From: a virus
DNA length: 64,000 bases
Direction: 5' to 3' (one strand)
IMG/VR virus record: IMGVR_UViG_3300028800_000074
Coordinates: 1 to 64,000 of that record
Shown here: positions 1-8,333 of the stretch, piece after piece
Layout of the letters: each line of letters starts with the position of its first letter
Numbering within the stretch: position 1 is the first letter of the stretch
Notes under the pieces: model-generated
Database searches by the model: none
The model's input: only the letters and a program-made list of their open reading frames with translations
What the model was told of the DNA's origin: nothing
Program-made: the position numbers and the translations under genes

Positions 1-137
1 GGCCAGAACATCAGGAGGGAAACATAAACAAAGGCCTTTGCCGCCATACTGAACGATGACATCTTATGGTACTCGTGTATCACCCCGCAGAGGAAAACCC
101 CCGCGAGGAAATAGAGCCCAATCGCCCACTCAATCAC
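1..137 (-). CDS. small membrane protein, truncated by window edge
   Basis: Read by hand: GTG overlapping the stop of the 134..400 gene; VIEWAIGLYFLAGVFLCGVIH...AFVYVSLLMFW is hydrophobic. Confidence 0.55.
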   Translation of the reverse strand, partial: MIEWAIGLYFLAGVFLCGVIHEYHKMSSFSMAAKAFVYVSLLMFW

Positions 138-400
138 AGCGGCGCGCTCCCGGGCTGAGCCTTGGTCATGCGCTTCTTGAAGTCGCCGCGCTTGCGGCGA
201 GCAAGGCCGATCAGGTAGCCGACGCGCTCGATGGCATCGGCCAGCTCACCGCCCTCTTCAATGGCGGAAACGATCTGAGCCTTCTTCAGCCCGACCAAGA
301 CATCGGTCGCATGGTCTCGCTCGTAGGCGACGCACTCTTCCTTGACGGTGAACCGCGTCCCGTCGAAGGCCACATAGATTTCCGCTCGCTCGATCTTCAC
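134..400 (-). CDS. hypothetical phage protein
   Basis: 88-aa ORF, translationally coupled to both neighbours (4-nt overlaps). Confidence 0.7.
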   Translation of the reverse strand: MKIERAEIYVAFDGTRFTVKEECVAYERDHATDVLVGLKKAQIVSAIEEGGELADAIERVGYLIGLARRKRGDFKKRMTKAQPGSAPL

Positions 401-750
401 TTCACAGTCTCCCGCTCGCTGAGCTTCTTTTCCGCCGTCTCGCCGAGGATGAACTCGACGTCGATCACGTCGCCGTCTTTGATCTCGGACCAGTGGTCGA
501 TGATCCAGTTGTGTGCGACCGTGAAGGTGCGGCTATTCGACCACCAGTAGGGGTCGTTGGTTGCCGGGGAGCCATCCGCCGTCAGCTTCGTGAGAAGGAT
601 GTTAGGCAGACCGACGCACGAGTATCCGCATCGGCGAAGCAGATAGCGCTGCGCCTGCCCGGCATACCCGTCGCCGTCGGGGTTCATATCGACCGCCAGA
701 ACGGGGATAAACGTCATACGGTCTCGAACTTCGAGCGCCTTGGCTTCCAT
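397..750 (-). CDS. hypothetical phage protein
   Basis: ATG at 750 preceded by GGAAAGGG; MEAKALEVRDRMTFIPVLAV...DGDVIDVEFILGE. Confidence 0.75.
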   Translation of the reverse strand: MEAKALEVRDRMTFIPVLAVDMNPDGDGYAGQAQRYLLRRCGYSCVGLPNILLTKLTADGSPATNDPYWWSNSRTFTVAHNWIIDHWSEIKDGDVIDVEFILGETAEKKLSERETVK

Positions 751-797
751 GGGGTGAGTCCCTTTCCGAGGGAGAGAGAGACACAAACCAAAATCAT

Positions 798-832
798 GCG
801 CAAGAGAAAAATAAACACTTGCGTTACTTTTT
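798..832. promoter_or_regulatory. divergent promoter region with operator-like AACACnnGyGTTAC motif
   Basis: AT-rich gap between divergent genes; GCGCAAGAGAAAAATAAACACTTGCGTTACTTTTT closely matches 14588-14624. Confidence 0.6.
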
Positions 833-853
833 GAGATGAGGCACGTCGGGACC

Positions 854-1216
854 GTGGCAGACCAAATCACCAATCCGCTGCGCCTCTGGATGCAGCAAAA
901 GGAAGTCCGCCAGACGGATGTCGCGAAAAGTCTCGGCGTGGCCTCGCAGCTCGTCGCCCGCTGGATGAGGGAGGGGTACCTGCCATCTCTCAAGACGGCG
1001 GCAACCATCGAGAGGCTGACGGCCGGGGCGGTCAAACTCGACAGCTTCTTGAACCTCCCTCCGATCAAGGAAACCCCTGAGTACGAGGCGGGCCGCAAGA
1101 TGGTTGCTGAAAGGCGCGCAGCAACTCGCGCCAAAAAGAGAGAGGGTGCAAGTGGCGAAGAAACCAGCAGTGGCGAGAGGCGGAGCAAAGAAGGGCGGAA
1201 ACGTCGTCGCGCTTAA
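854..1216 (+). CDS. Cro/CI-type (XRE) helix-turn-helix regulator
   Basis: LRLWMQQKEVRQTDVAKSLGVASQLVARWMREGYLPSLKTAATIERLTAGAV is a Cro-like HTH; first gene after the divergent promoter. Confidence 0.8.
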   Translation: MADQITNPLRLWMQQKEVRQTDVAKSLGVASQLVARWMREGYLPSLKTAATIERLTAGAVKLDSFLNLPPIKETPEYEAGRKMVAERRAATRAKKREGASGEETSSGERRSKEGRKRRRA

Positions 1217-1802
1217 GCCGAAGACGAAGGCGGCGCAGCCCGGGGAGTCCGGACATAACAGCGCGGGCCTAAGCGAAGAGCAACGCCGGGGCCTGATGCT
1301 TCAAGGCATCGTCGAGCTTGAGAAGCTCAAGGGCAAGGCGACGGACGCGAACAACGCCGTCTCCCAGCAACGGGCGAAGATGAAGAAGCAGGGGTTCTCG
1401 AAGGACGAGATCGACCTCATGCTGCTCTTCAGGAAGCAGCCCGAGCAGAAGCTCAGGGCGATGTTCGCCGATCAGGCGAGGATGCTCCAGTACATGGCGC
1501 ACCCGATCAGCGCCCAGTTCTCCCTACTCGACCCGACCGAAGACCGGACGCCGTCCATCGACCGGGCCCGCGAGAAAGGCAAGGTCGCCGGTCTCGAAGG
1601 CAAGAAGTGCCAGCCCATGGAGATCGACAACTACGATCAGGCCAGCAAGCAAGGTCAGGCGTGGATCGAGGGCTGGAACGAGGGGCAGGCCGTGGTGCTC
1701 AAGGGGTTCAAGCCGCTCAAGGGCATGCCCGGGGCCGAGACCGCAGACGGCGGAGACGTCAGGCCGCGCTTCATGAAGAAGGAAGGCGAGCCCGTCCATT
1801 GA
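1152..1802 (+). CDS. GapR(DUF2312)-like DNA-binding protein with C-terminal RMF-like motif
   Basis: GHNS followed by ..IVELEKLK..AKMKKQGFSKDEIDLMLLFRKQ resembles GapR; AREKGKVAGLEGKKCQP..Y..AWIEGWNEG resembles ribosome modulation factor. Confidence 0.55.
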   Translation: MAKKPAVARGGAKKGGNVVALKPKTKAAQPGESGHNSAGLSEEQRRGLMLQGIVELEKLKGKATDANNAVSQQRAKMKKQGFSKDEIDLMLLFRKQPEQKLRAMFADQARMLQYMAHPISAQFSLLDPTEDRTPSIDRAREKGKVAGLEGKKCQPMEIDNYDQASKQGQAWIEGWNEGQAVVLKGFKPLKGMPGAETADGGDVRPRFMKKEGEPVH

Positions 1803-2524
1803 GCGAAGAGACCACCATAACGGTCACCGTGATCGATACGGAGACGACGGGGCTCGACCCCGCCGTCGACCGTGTCGTCCAGATCGCGGCCGTCGAGCTT
1901 CGTCGCTTCGGCAAGGGCAACTTTGCCATCGGCGTCCCGGCGCTCTCCCTCGTCAACCCCGGCATACCTATTCCGCCTCAGGCGAGCGGCGTTCATCATA
2001 TCGTCGACGAGGATGTGTCTGACGCTCCTAGCCTCGTCGAGGCGGTGGCGCTCAGCGTACCGCTCAATCCCAACCCAATCGCCGCACACAACGCCCGCTT
2101 CGACCGGCAGTTCCTGCCGATGCTGCGCGACCGTCCGTGGATCGACACCTATCGCTGTGCAATGCATCTCTATCCCGACGCGCCCGACTATAAGGTCGGC
2201 ACCCTGTTCTACTACCTCGGCTGCGGTAGATTGTTGTCTCGGTCTCCCCACTCCGCCCCGTTCGACGCACGCCTCGCCGCGAACATCCTTGCGCGTATGC
2301 TGGACGAGGCTCCGCTCGAAGAGTTGATCCGCCTCAGCACAAAGGCGGTCAAGCTCCGCACTATCCTCTTCGGCAAGCATGCAAATGAGAAGTGGGCCGA
2401 CGTCCCCAGCTCCTACCTGAAGTGGATTTTGGAGAAGTCAGCGAAGGGCGACGAGTTCGAGCCCGACGTGGTCTTCACGGCGAAGAAGCTACTGCAAGAG
2501 CGAGAGGAGCGCCTGCCGCTGTGA
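1799..2524 (+). CDS. DEDDh 3'-5' exonuclease (exodeoxyribonuclease X-like)
   Basis: VIDTETTG, AHNARFD, HSAPFD motifs; C-terminal FGKH..WADVPSSYLKWI domain. Confidence 0.9.
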   Translation: MSEETTITVTVIDTETTGLDPAVDRVVQIAAVELRRFGKGNFAIGVPALSLVNPGIPIPPQASGVHHIVDEDVSDAPSLVEAVALSVPLNPNPIAAHNARFDRQFLPMLRDRPWIDTYRCAMHLYPDAPDYKVGTLFYYLGCGRLLSRSPHSAPFDARLAANILARMLDEAPLEELIRLSTKAVKLRTILFGKHANEKWADVPSSYLKWILEKSAKGDEFEPDVVFTAKKLLQEREERLPL

Positions 2525-2654
2525 AGAAGCCTCACTATTGCCTGACCACCGACGGGATGATCTTCCACGCGGACTCTTGGGTCTTTGCGGGCTACCTCAA
2601 ATGGGGTTGCTGGTACGACATCTCAGGGTGCCTTTTCTGGAGGCCCGGGCGGTG

Positions 2655-3194
2655 ATGATCCTCGCGCTCGACCTGAGCCCTCGCTCGACCGGCGTATGCT
2701 TCGCCCCGGCCGACAAGATGCCAGACCCCTTCATCAAAGAGTTCCGTGACAAGGGCGAGGGCAACGACATCGCGGCCTCGAACTGCGGGAAGTGGATCAG
2801 GGACATCTGCGCTCGGCACTCCGATGGCGACCTGCTCGTCTGTGTAGAGGGATACGTCGCAGGAAGTCGCCCAGACATGATCTTCGACCGAGACGGTCAA
2901 CTCGCGCTCCACTTCGCCACGCTTGCGGTGTGCTCCTGCTACGGCGTCCGCTTCGAGTCGGTGGCGACCGCAACCTTGCGCAAGCATTTCATCGGCGTCC
3001 CCTTCATCAAGCCAGCCGAGAACGAGAGGGCCACCGGCCGTGAGCTGGCCAAGGCGGCGGTGCTCAAGCGGGCGAAACAGCTCGGGTACCTCGGTGCCGA
3101 CGTCCATAACGACAACCTCGGGGACGCCGCCATGGTGTTCGACTACGCGGTCTCCACATTCGCTCGGCGCTCGGCGTCGTTCAGGCTCACATGA
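2655..3194 (+). CDS. RuvC-like nuclease / Holliday junction resolvase
   Basis: MILALDLSPRSTG start, VCVEG, LRKHFIG, DNLGDAA RNase H-fold pattern. Confidence 0.75.
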   Translation: MILALDLSPRSTGVCFAPADKMPDPFIKEFRDKGEGNDIAASNCGKWIRDICARHSDGDLLVCVEGYVAGSRPDMIFDRDGQLALHFATLAVCSCYGVRFESVATATLRKHFIGVPFIKPAENERATGRELAKAAVLKRAKQLGYLGADVHNDNLGDAAMVFDYAVSTFARRSASFRLT

Positions 3195-3793
3195 GCCAGA
3201 AGCTCTACAAGCCCCTTCCGAGGGTCGCTGGCGGCTTTCGTCTCGTCTACGCTGATCCGGCTTGGGACCACCGCTCAAACTCGCTGGCGAGCCCCGGGCG
3301 CAATCCTAGACGGTATTACAAGACGATGTCTCTTGAGGCCATCGCCGATCTCCCTGTCCGAGGGGTCGTCGCTCCGGTCTCGGCGCTCCTCATGTGGGTG
3401 CCCGGGCAGTTCCTCGTGAAGGGGTTGCACCTTCCGATCTTCAAGAGCTGGGGGTTCACCCCAAGCTCGGTTTGGTTGACGTGGATTAAGACGCGTCGGC
3501 ATCTCGACGGGCACTCTTGGATCAGGGGCGACCAGCTCTCCGCCGAGCTGACCATCGGGACCGGTCACACGACACGCAAGACGACCGAGTTCCTCCTGAT
3601 CGGGAAGCGAGGACGCTCGGTGCGCGAGGTCAACGACATCATCGACGTTGCCTTTGCTCAGCGCCTTGAGCACTCGGCCAAGCCGGACGCGATCTATCCG
3701 ATCATCGAGCGATACAGCGACGGTCCCTATCTCGAACTCTTCGCCCGGAAGAGGCGCAAGGGGTGGCGTTCTTGGGGAGATCAACTTGAGTAA
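3191..3793 (+). CDS. MT-A70 family adenine methyltransferase
   Basis: VYADPAW, Y.TMSLEAI, EHSAKPD, YLELFAR..R.GW.SWGDQ. Confidence 0.92.
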   Translation: MSQKLYKPLPRVAGGFRLVYADPAWDHRSNSLASPGRNPRRYYKTMSLEAIADLPVRGVVAPVSALLMWVPGQFLVKGLHLPIFKSWGFTPSSVWLTWIKTRRHLDGHSWIRGDQLSAELTIGTGHTTRKTTEFLLIGKRGRSVREVNDIIDVAFAQRLEHSAKPDAIYPIIERYSDGPYLELFARKRRKGWRSWGDQLE

Positions 3794-4241
3794 GCAGAGG
3801 CCGATCTACGAGACCGCAGCGCATCGTCTCGAAGAGCGAAATATCGCCCTACAGGCTGCGGATGCGTGGGGTCTGGAGGCGCGCAAGCTTCCGAGCAAAT
3901 ACTGTCTCGACTATGCACTTCTTAAGGGAGCGGAGTTGAGGGCGATGGCGGAGGTCAAGCACCGCCCTCAGTGGGGCCTCGAATCGTTTGACCGCGCAGG
4001 CGGCTACATGCTGTCTCTTCATAAGTGGGTCTGGGCGAGAGCGTATTGCGGCGAAGCCGGATGCGCCTTCCTCATCCTGCTTAAGTGCGCTGACGGATTG
4101 TGCTGGGCAAATTTCACCGAGAGACCCAGCGGGGTGAGGGCTGGGTTCTTTAACGGGAACAATCTCCCGAGAGACGACGACGACAAAGAGCCGGTCCTCT
4201 ACCTACCAGCGTCCTCGTTCAGGGTCTTGATCCCAGCCTAA
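3786..4241 (+). CDS. putative PD-(D/E)XK nuclease-fold protein
   Basis: LDYALL...AEVKHR spacing of the D..ExK motif. Confidence 0.55.
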   Translation: MSKQRPIYETAAHRLEERNIALQAADAWGLEARKLPSKYCLDYALLKGAELRAMAEVKHRPQWGLESFDRAGGYMLSLHKWVWARAYCGEAGCAFLILLKCADGLCWANFTERPSGVRAGFFNGNNLPRDDDDKEPVLYLPASSFRVLIPA

Positions 4242-4552
4242 TGTACAACTCAATCCCCGACGGCCCTCCAAGCTTAGACGAGCTTGCGGCGAAGATGCTC
4301 TCCACCGCGCGCGAGGCCGCGCTCAAGGACGGCAAGCCCGGCATCGACGAGATGATCGAGCTGATGGATCAGCTCGCCTTCCAGATCGAGTCGACCACTA
4401 GAATCGCCTTCGAGGTCTACGGGCAAGACACCGTCCACGATAGCGTCGGCCGGAAGCTCGTGACCATCGAATCACTCAAGAAGTTTCTGGAACTGGTGAA
4501 GCTCAAGGAGCACTCCGTGAAACGGGTGCTCAGACACGAGGAGGAAAGGTGA
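4241..4552 (+). CDS. hypothetical phage protein
   Basis: 103-aa ORF with TAATG coupling. Confidence 0.7.
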   Translation: MYNSIPDGPPSLDELAAKMLSTAREAALKDGKPGIDEMIELMDQLAFQIESTTRIAFEVYGQDTVHDSVGRKLVTIESLKKFLELVKLKEHSVKRVLRHEEER

Positions 4553-4553
4553 C

Positions 4554-5069
4554 ATGGTTACGCCAACGTGGTCAGAAGAGGGTATTGAAGCCCTGAAGCA
4601 GGGGCTGGCGGATGGCAAATCTTTTGGGATGATCGCCACCGAATTGGGGGCGACAAGGAACTCGGTCATTGGTAAGGCGTTTAGGCTGGGCTTGAGAAAC
4701 CCGGCCCTTCGAAAGGGTCGGCCCAAGACCATCGGGACCGCAGTCGTCGTAGCGCTTCCACAAGCGCGCACTCTGCCGCGTCCGAACCCGAGAGCGCTGA
4801 TCGTGATGAAACCAATTGAAGACCGCAGGACCGAAGAGGTCTCAGCTCCCCCTCTCGAAGGTCGCTTGGGCGCTCAGGATGCCCACGTCCACCTTCAATC
4901 GAACATGTGCCGGTGGCCCATCGGTGACCCTCGGGAGGCCAATTTCCACTTCTGCTGCAAGCCAGCCAAGATTGATTCGCCCCAGCGCTACTGCGTCGCT
5001 CACGCCGCCATTCATGGCTCGGGAGCGTCGTGGGTCGACAGCAGGGCTAGGCGATTGAGGCTCGGCTGA
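4554..5069 (+). CDS. gcrA: GcrA-like cell-cycle regulator / transcription activator
   Basis: WSEE.IE.LK..L.DGKSFG.IA.ELG.TRNSVIGKAFRLGL N-domain and CRWPIGDP...F.FC...YC..H C-domain. Confidence 0.92.
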   Translation: MVTPTWSEEGIEALKQGLADGKSFGMIATELGATRNSVIGKAFRLGLRNPALRKGRPKTIGTAVVVALPQARTLPRPNPRALIVMKPIEDRRTEEVSAPPLEGRLGAQDAHVHLQSNMCRWPIGDPREANFHFCCKPAKIDSPQRYCVAHAAIHGSGASWVDSRARRLRLG

Positions 5070-5284
5070 CCACTATCCCTAGAGCCCGTTGGGTAGTGTC
5101 TCAGTTTGAAATTCGCGGGGCTTGACCGCACTCTCGCACTAGCTATCTGCTTCCGATATGCTTGACGGAAGAAAGCAGGAAGATAGGAGTGCTCAGCGCC
5201 AATTCTAAGTCATTGGAAATAAACGGTTTGAGCCATATTTGTGTGGCAAATCGAGGGAGTTCGGCGCCAACCCTTAATTGCTTC

Positions 5285-5404
5285 ACGCCTGCGATGGCCG
5301 CTGGCCTCTCCAAGACGCTGACGACGTGGGGGGACATTCTGGCGATCATGGACACCGAAGCACCAAAGTCCGGACCGCGCGGGCCTTACAAAAAACGCGG
5401 CTAA
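5285..5404 (+). pseudogene. C-terminal remnant of IS1-like transposase
   Basis: TPAMAAGLSKTLTTWGDILAIMD...GPRGPYKK matches the typical C-terminus of these transposases; catalytic core absent. Confidence 0.75.
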
Positions 5405-5634
5405 ATGTGGCGGTTTCCCCCCACCAACATATTGAACAGCTCCCGGGCGGAGTCTAGGCTTGTCGCCTTGGCAAGAACCTCAAAATTGTTTCCGCGCTCA
5501 CGGCTAATAAAGTAACCCGTTGCGCCGCCGAGATTATCGGCCTCCACGTATTCCGCGTAGGTCTGATCGTGGACGGGAGACACATAGACGGTTTCGCCAG
5601 AAAGCAATTTTGCAACAAGGGTGATGTCATTCAT
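5401..5634 (-). CDS. passenger hypothetical protein in IS remnant
   Basis: 77-aa ORF with GGGAG RBS inside the IRs, convergent with the transposase remnant. Confidence 0.65.
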   Translation of the reverse strand: MNDITLVAKLLSGETVYVSPVHDQTYAEYVEADNLGGATGYFISRERGNNFEVLAKATSLDSARELFNMLVGGNRHI

Positions 5635-5688
5635 GGCCGAAACTCCCAACTAACGGATTCAAATTTCAAACTGAGATACTACCGCCCG

Positions 5689-5717
5689 TTGACAGGGCTG
5701 AAATACCGAGCCATCGT
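5689..5717 (+). promoter_or_regulatory. sigma70-type promoter
   Basis: TTGACA-17 nt-CATCGT upstream of the 5846 ORF. Confidence 0.55.
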
Positions 5718-5845
5718 GGGGGCCTGCCGGTGATTCTCATCACCCAGCAGGCCCCTTTGTTTTTGGGGAAGTGCGGTCTCGACGCCTGAACTCGTCAGAC
5801 CGCGTGACAACCTCTCTGATGTGTTGACCCGGCAACGAGGTCGTA

Positions 5846-6280
5846 ATGGCAGATGTAACAAATTCCCCCCAAAACGGCAAGCCCGGCCTCGGGACGCCCC
5901 ATCTGACCCGGGTCGCCGGGGTCGATGACTTGATCGCCGGGTCGATGCCCGGCATGGCCCATTTCGCCCGCACGGGCCCGGACGGCCAGACCTGCCGCTC
6001 CTGCGTTCACTGGTCGACCCGGTTCTGGGAGACCGACCAGAACGGCTATCAGGTCGAGTCCGAAAAGCCGGTTGATTCGTGGAAGCGAGACGCAGACACA
6101 GGCGAGCTTAAGCCGCGCCGTTGCAAGAAGTTCTACCGCATGATGGGCCACACGCTTGGCCCAGCGGTCCCCGCCGAGACCCCGGCCTGCATGTTCTTCA
6201 CTCTCAACGAGAGCGCTCCGCCCATCGAGCGTCCGGCGCGCAAGAGGCCGAAGGAGAGGCCTCCACCCGACACGAGCTAA
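5846..6280 (+). CDS. hypothetical Cys-containing protein
   Basis: 144-aa ORF with CRSC..RC..AC pattern (possible Zn binding). Confidence 0.7.
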   Translation: MADVTNSPQNGKPGLGTPHLTRVAGVDDLIAGSMPGMAHFARTGPDGQTCRSCVHWSTRFWETDQNGYQVESEKPVDSWKRDADTGELKPRRCKKFYRMMGHTLGPAVPAETPACMFFTLNESAPPIERPARKRPKERPPPDTS

Positions 6281-6459
6281 CGCCCAACGTCCGCAGCGAA
6301 GAGCGAAGGACGGGGTGGCCGGGCCGTGTTGAGGCCAGTCGCGCCACCCCACTTTCCCTCCCTAGACATCGGCCTTTTTGACCGCTTCGGTGGTAACGGG
6401 GAACTGCATCCAATGTGGGATTCGTCGCCCTATTATGTATTATGCTCGCGCGCCCGGAG

Positions 6460-6543
6460 CCTTAGTGATGCTAGGTCTAACGATGAGGGATTAACCTCTC
6501 AGTTAGATCGTAGAGCACTGAGGGTGGTAGTTATCCTCCACCC
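6460..6543 (+). other. long imperfect hairpin plus overlapping second hairpin (candidate structured RNA or origin element)
   Basis: CCTTAGTG/CACTGAGG, GGTCTAAC/GTTAGATC and TGAG/CTCA arms with G-U pairs; GGGTGG/CCACCC follows. Confidence 0.5.
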
Positions 6544-6561
6544 ATGCGCGAGGGCCGACCG

Positions 6562-6828
6562 ATGAGGGCCCCAGCGCACGTCGCCGCCGTCGCCGACCGG
6601 TATGTGACCAAGTCCGGCGACAAGCTCGAACCCGAAGAAACCGCCTTCCAGCACCGCCTCACCAAGCTGAGCCGGTTCGAGGCTCGGAACTTCCTCCACG
6701 ACCTCGACGTCTACGTCGGCCCTCGTGGGGTACGGCCGGGCAGCAGCCCAGATTCCTTACGTCGTGAGGCCAAGCGCCAGAAGGCTCTCACCGCTCTCAG
6801 GGTTCTTCGACGGATGCTCGGGCTATGA
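6562..6828 (+). CDS. hypothetical protein
   Basis: ORF coupled (ATGA) to the helicase. Confidence 0.65.
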   Translation: MRAPAHVAAVADRYVTKSGDKLEPEETAFQHRLTKLSRFEARNFLHDLDVYVGPRGVRPGSSPDSLRREAKRQKALTALRVLRRMLGL

Positions 6829-8330
6829 ACGCTCCGATCCTGAACTCCCTCTTCGACCACCAGTCCGACGCGCTTCAACGCCTGAGACAGTCGGTTGGTT
6901 CCGGCCACAAGCGCCCGTTGGTCTCGATCCCGACGGCCGGTGGAAAGACGATCATCGGCTGTCACATCGTTCACGGCTCGCTCCGCAAAGGCAACCGGAT
7001 CGGGTTCACGGTTCCCAAGCTCTCGATCATCGACCAGACGTTCGAGCGGTTCATCGAGAACGGGATCGACCCGTCCGAGATCGACGTCATGCAGGGTAAC
7101 CATAGCTGGCACCGTCCGCATGCCCCGGTGAAGATCATCTCGGCTCAAACGCTCGGACGCCGGGAGAGGCCGCTGGTGGACGTGGTCTTGGTCGACGAGG
7201 CGCACATCGCGTTCAAGTCGATTCGGGACTGGATGCAGGACGAGCCTGAGAAAGTTTTCATCGGGCTCTCGGCGACGCCTTGGCGCAAAGGCATGCGCGA
7301 AGAGTACGACGACCTGATCCAGCCGACGTCGATCAGGGAGCTGATCAAGATCGGACGGCTGTGCAACTTCCGGGCGTTCGCTCCATCGAAGCCGGACTTG
7401 GACAAGATCAAGACCGTCGCCGGGGACTATCATCAGGGCGAGCTTGGTCAGGTCATGCGCAAGTCGCAGCTCGTCGCCGACGTGGTGCAGACGTGGCTTG
7501 AGAAGGCCGAGCGCAGGCCTACGCTCTGCTACGCGGTCGACCTCCCGCATGCGTCTCAGCTCCACGACCAGTTCTCCGGCATGGGCGTCCGTAGCGCCTA
7601 CGTGGACGGCGACACCGAGCGCGAAGAGCGCAACTCGCTGGTCAAGATGCTCGAAGATGGACGGCTCGAAGTCATCGTCAGCGTCGGCACAATGACCACC
7701 GGAGTGGACATCCCGTGCGTGAGCTGCATCAGCGACGCGAGGCCGACGAAGAGCGAGATGCTCTACGTGCAGATGATTGGTCGTGGGCTTAGAACGCATC
7801 CCGGCAAGGATCATCTCCTTATCCTCGATCACAGCTTCACCACGCTCAAGCTCGGCACCGTCGACAGCATCGGGCACGACGAGCTTCTGAGCGGAAAGCG
7901 ATGTGAGGATCGCGGAGTCGAGCGGCCGGAAAAGAAGATGCCGAGCCCGCGTGAGTGCCCGAGCTGTCAGGTCTTGATCCCGGCCTTGGATCGCGAGTGC
8001 CCCGGCTGCGGGTTCGTTCCAAAGATGCCGTCGCGTGTCTGCGTCGAGGACGGCGAGCTGGAGGAAGTCGGGATGACGGCCGCCCAGCGCAAGGCGAACC
8101 GTCACTGGGAGACCGACGACAAGGCGCGCTTCCATGGCGAGCTGAAGCTCTACTGCCACCAGAAGGGCTACAAGGAAGGCTGGGCGGCGGCAAAGTACCG
8201 GTCGAAGTTCGGCGTCTGGCCGAACATGCCGGAGATCAGGCACGCGCAGAGGGCGCGCAGCGTGAGCGACGCAACGCTGGCATGGATCAGGTCGCAGAAC
8301 ATCCGGTGGGCGAGGCGCAAGGAGGCGTAA
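6825..8330 (+). CDS. SF2 DEAH-box helicase with C-terminal Zn finger (RadD/YejH-like)
   Basis: PTAGGKT, DEAH, GLSATP, TTGVDIP, QMIGRGLR, CPSC..CPGC. Confidence 0.95.
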   Translation: MNAPILNSLFDHQSDALQRLRQSVGSGHKRPLVSIPTAGGKTIIGCHIVHGSLRKGNRIGFTVPKLSIIDQTFERFIENGIDPSEIDVMQGNHSWHRPHAPVKIISAQTLGRRERPLVDVVLVDEAHIAFKSIRDWMQDEPEKVFIGLSATPWRKGMREEYDDLIQPTSIRELIKIGRLCNFRAFAPSKPDLDKIKTVAGDYHQGELGQVMRKSQLVADVVQTWLEKAERRPTLCYAVDLPHASQLHDQFSGMGVRSAYVDGDTEREERNSLVKMLEDGRLEVIVSVGTMTTGVDIPCVSCISDARPTKSEMLYVQMIGRGLRTHPGKDHLLILDHSFTTLKLGTVDSIGHDELLSGKRCEDRGVERPEKKMPSPRECPSCQVLIPALDRECPGCGFVPKMPSRVCVEDGELEEVGMTAAQRKANRHWETDDKARFHGELKLYCHQKGYKEGWAAAKYRSKFGVWPNMPEIRHAQRARSVSDATLAWIRSQNIRWARRKEA

Positions 8331-8333
8331 GCG

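Larger units (their letters stand above)
5092..5683. mobile_element. non-autonomous IS1-family-like element with passenger gene
   Basis: 22-bp terminal inverted repeats GGTAGT(G/A)TCTCAGTTTGAAATT (1 mismatch); 8-bp direct repeat GCCCGTTG at 5084-5091 and 5684-5691; lower GC than flanks. Confidence 0.9.

Noticed and set aside
5162-5404. 80-aa ORF as an intact gene
   Set aside because: Only its last ~40 codons look like transposase; the first half reads through the IS left-end non-coding sequence
6491-6506. CtrA box (TTAA-N7-TTAA) at TTAACCTCTCAGTTAG
   Set aside because: Spacing and second half-site do not match the consensus
6711-8243. 510-aa antisense ORF, and similar long shadow ORFs (12844-14055, 22566-23609, 27386-28507, 40018-41049, 53966-55189)
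   Set aside because: They mirror well-supported genes on the opposite strand; expected in high-GC DNA with strong codon bias, and they show no motifs
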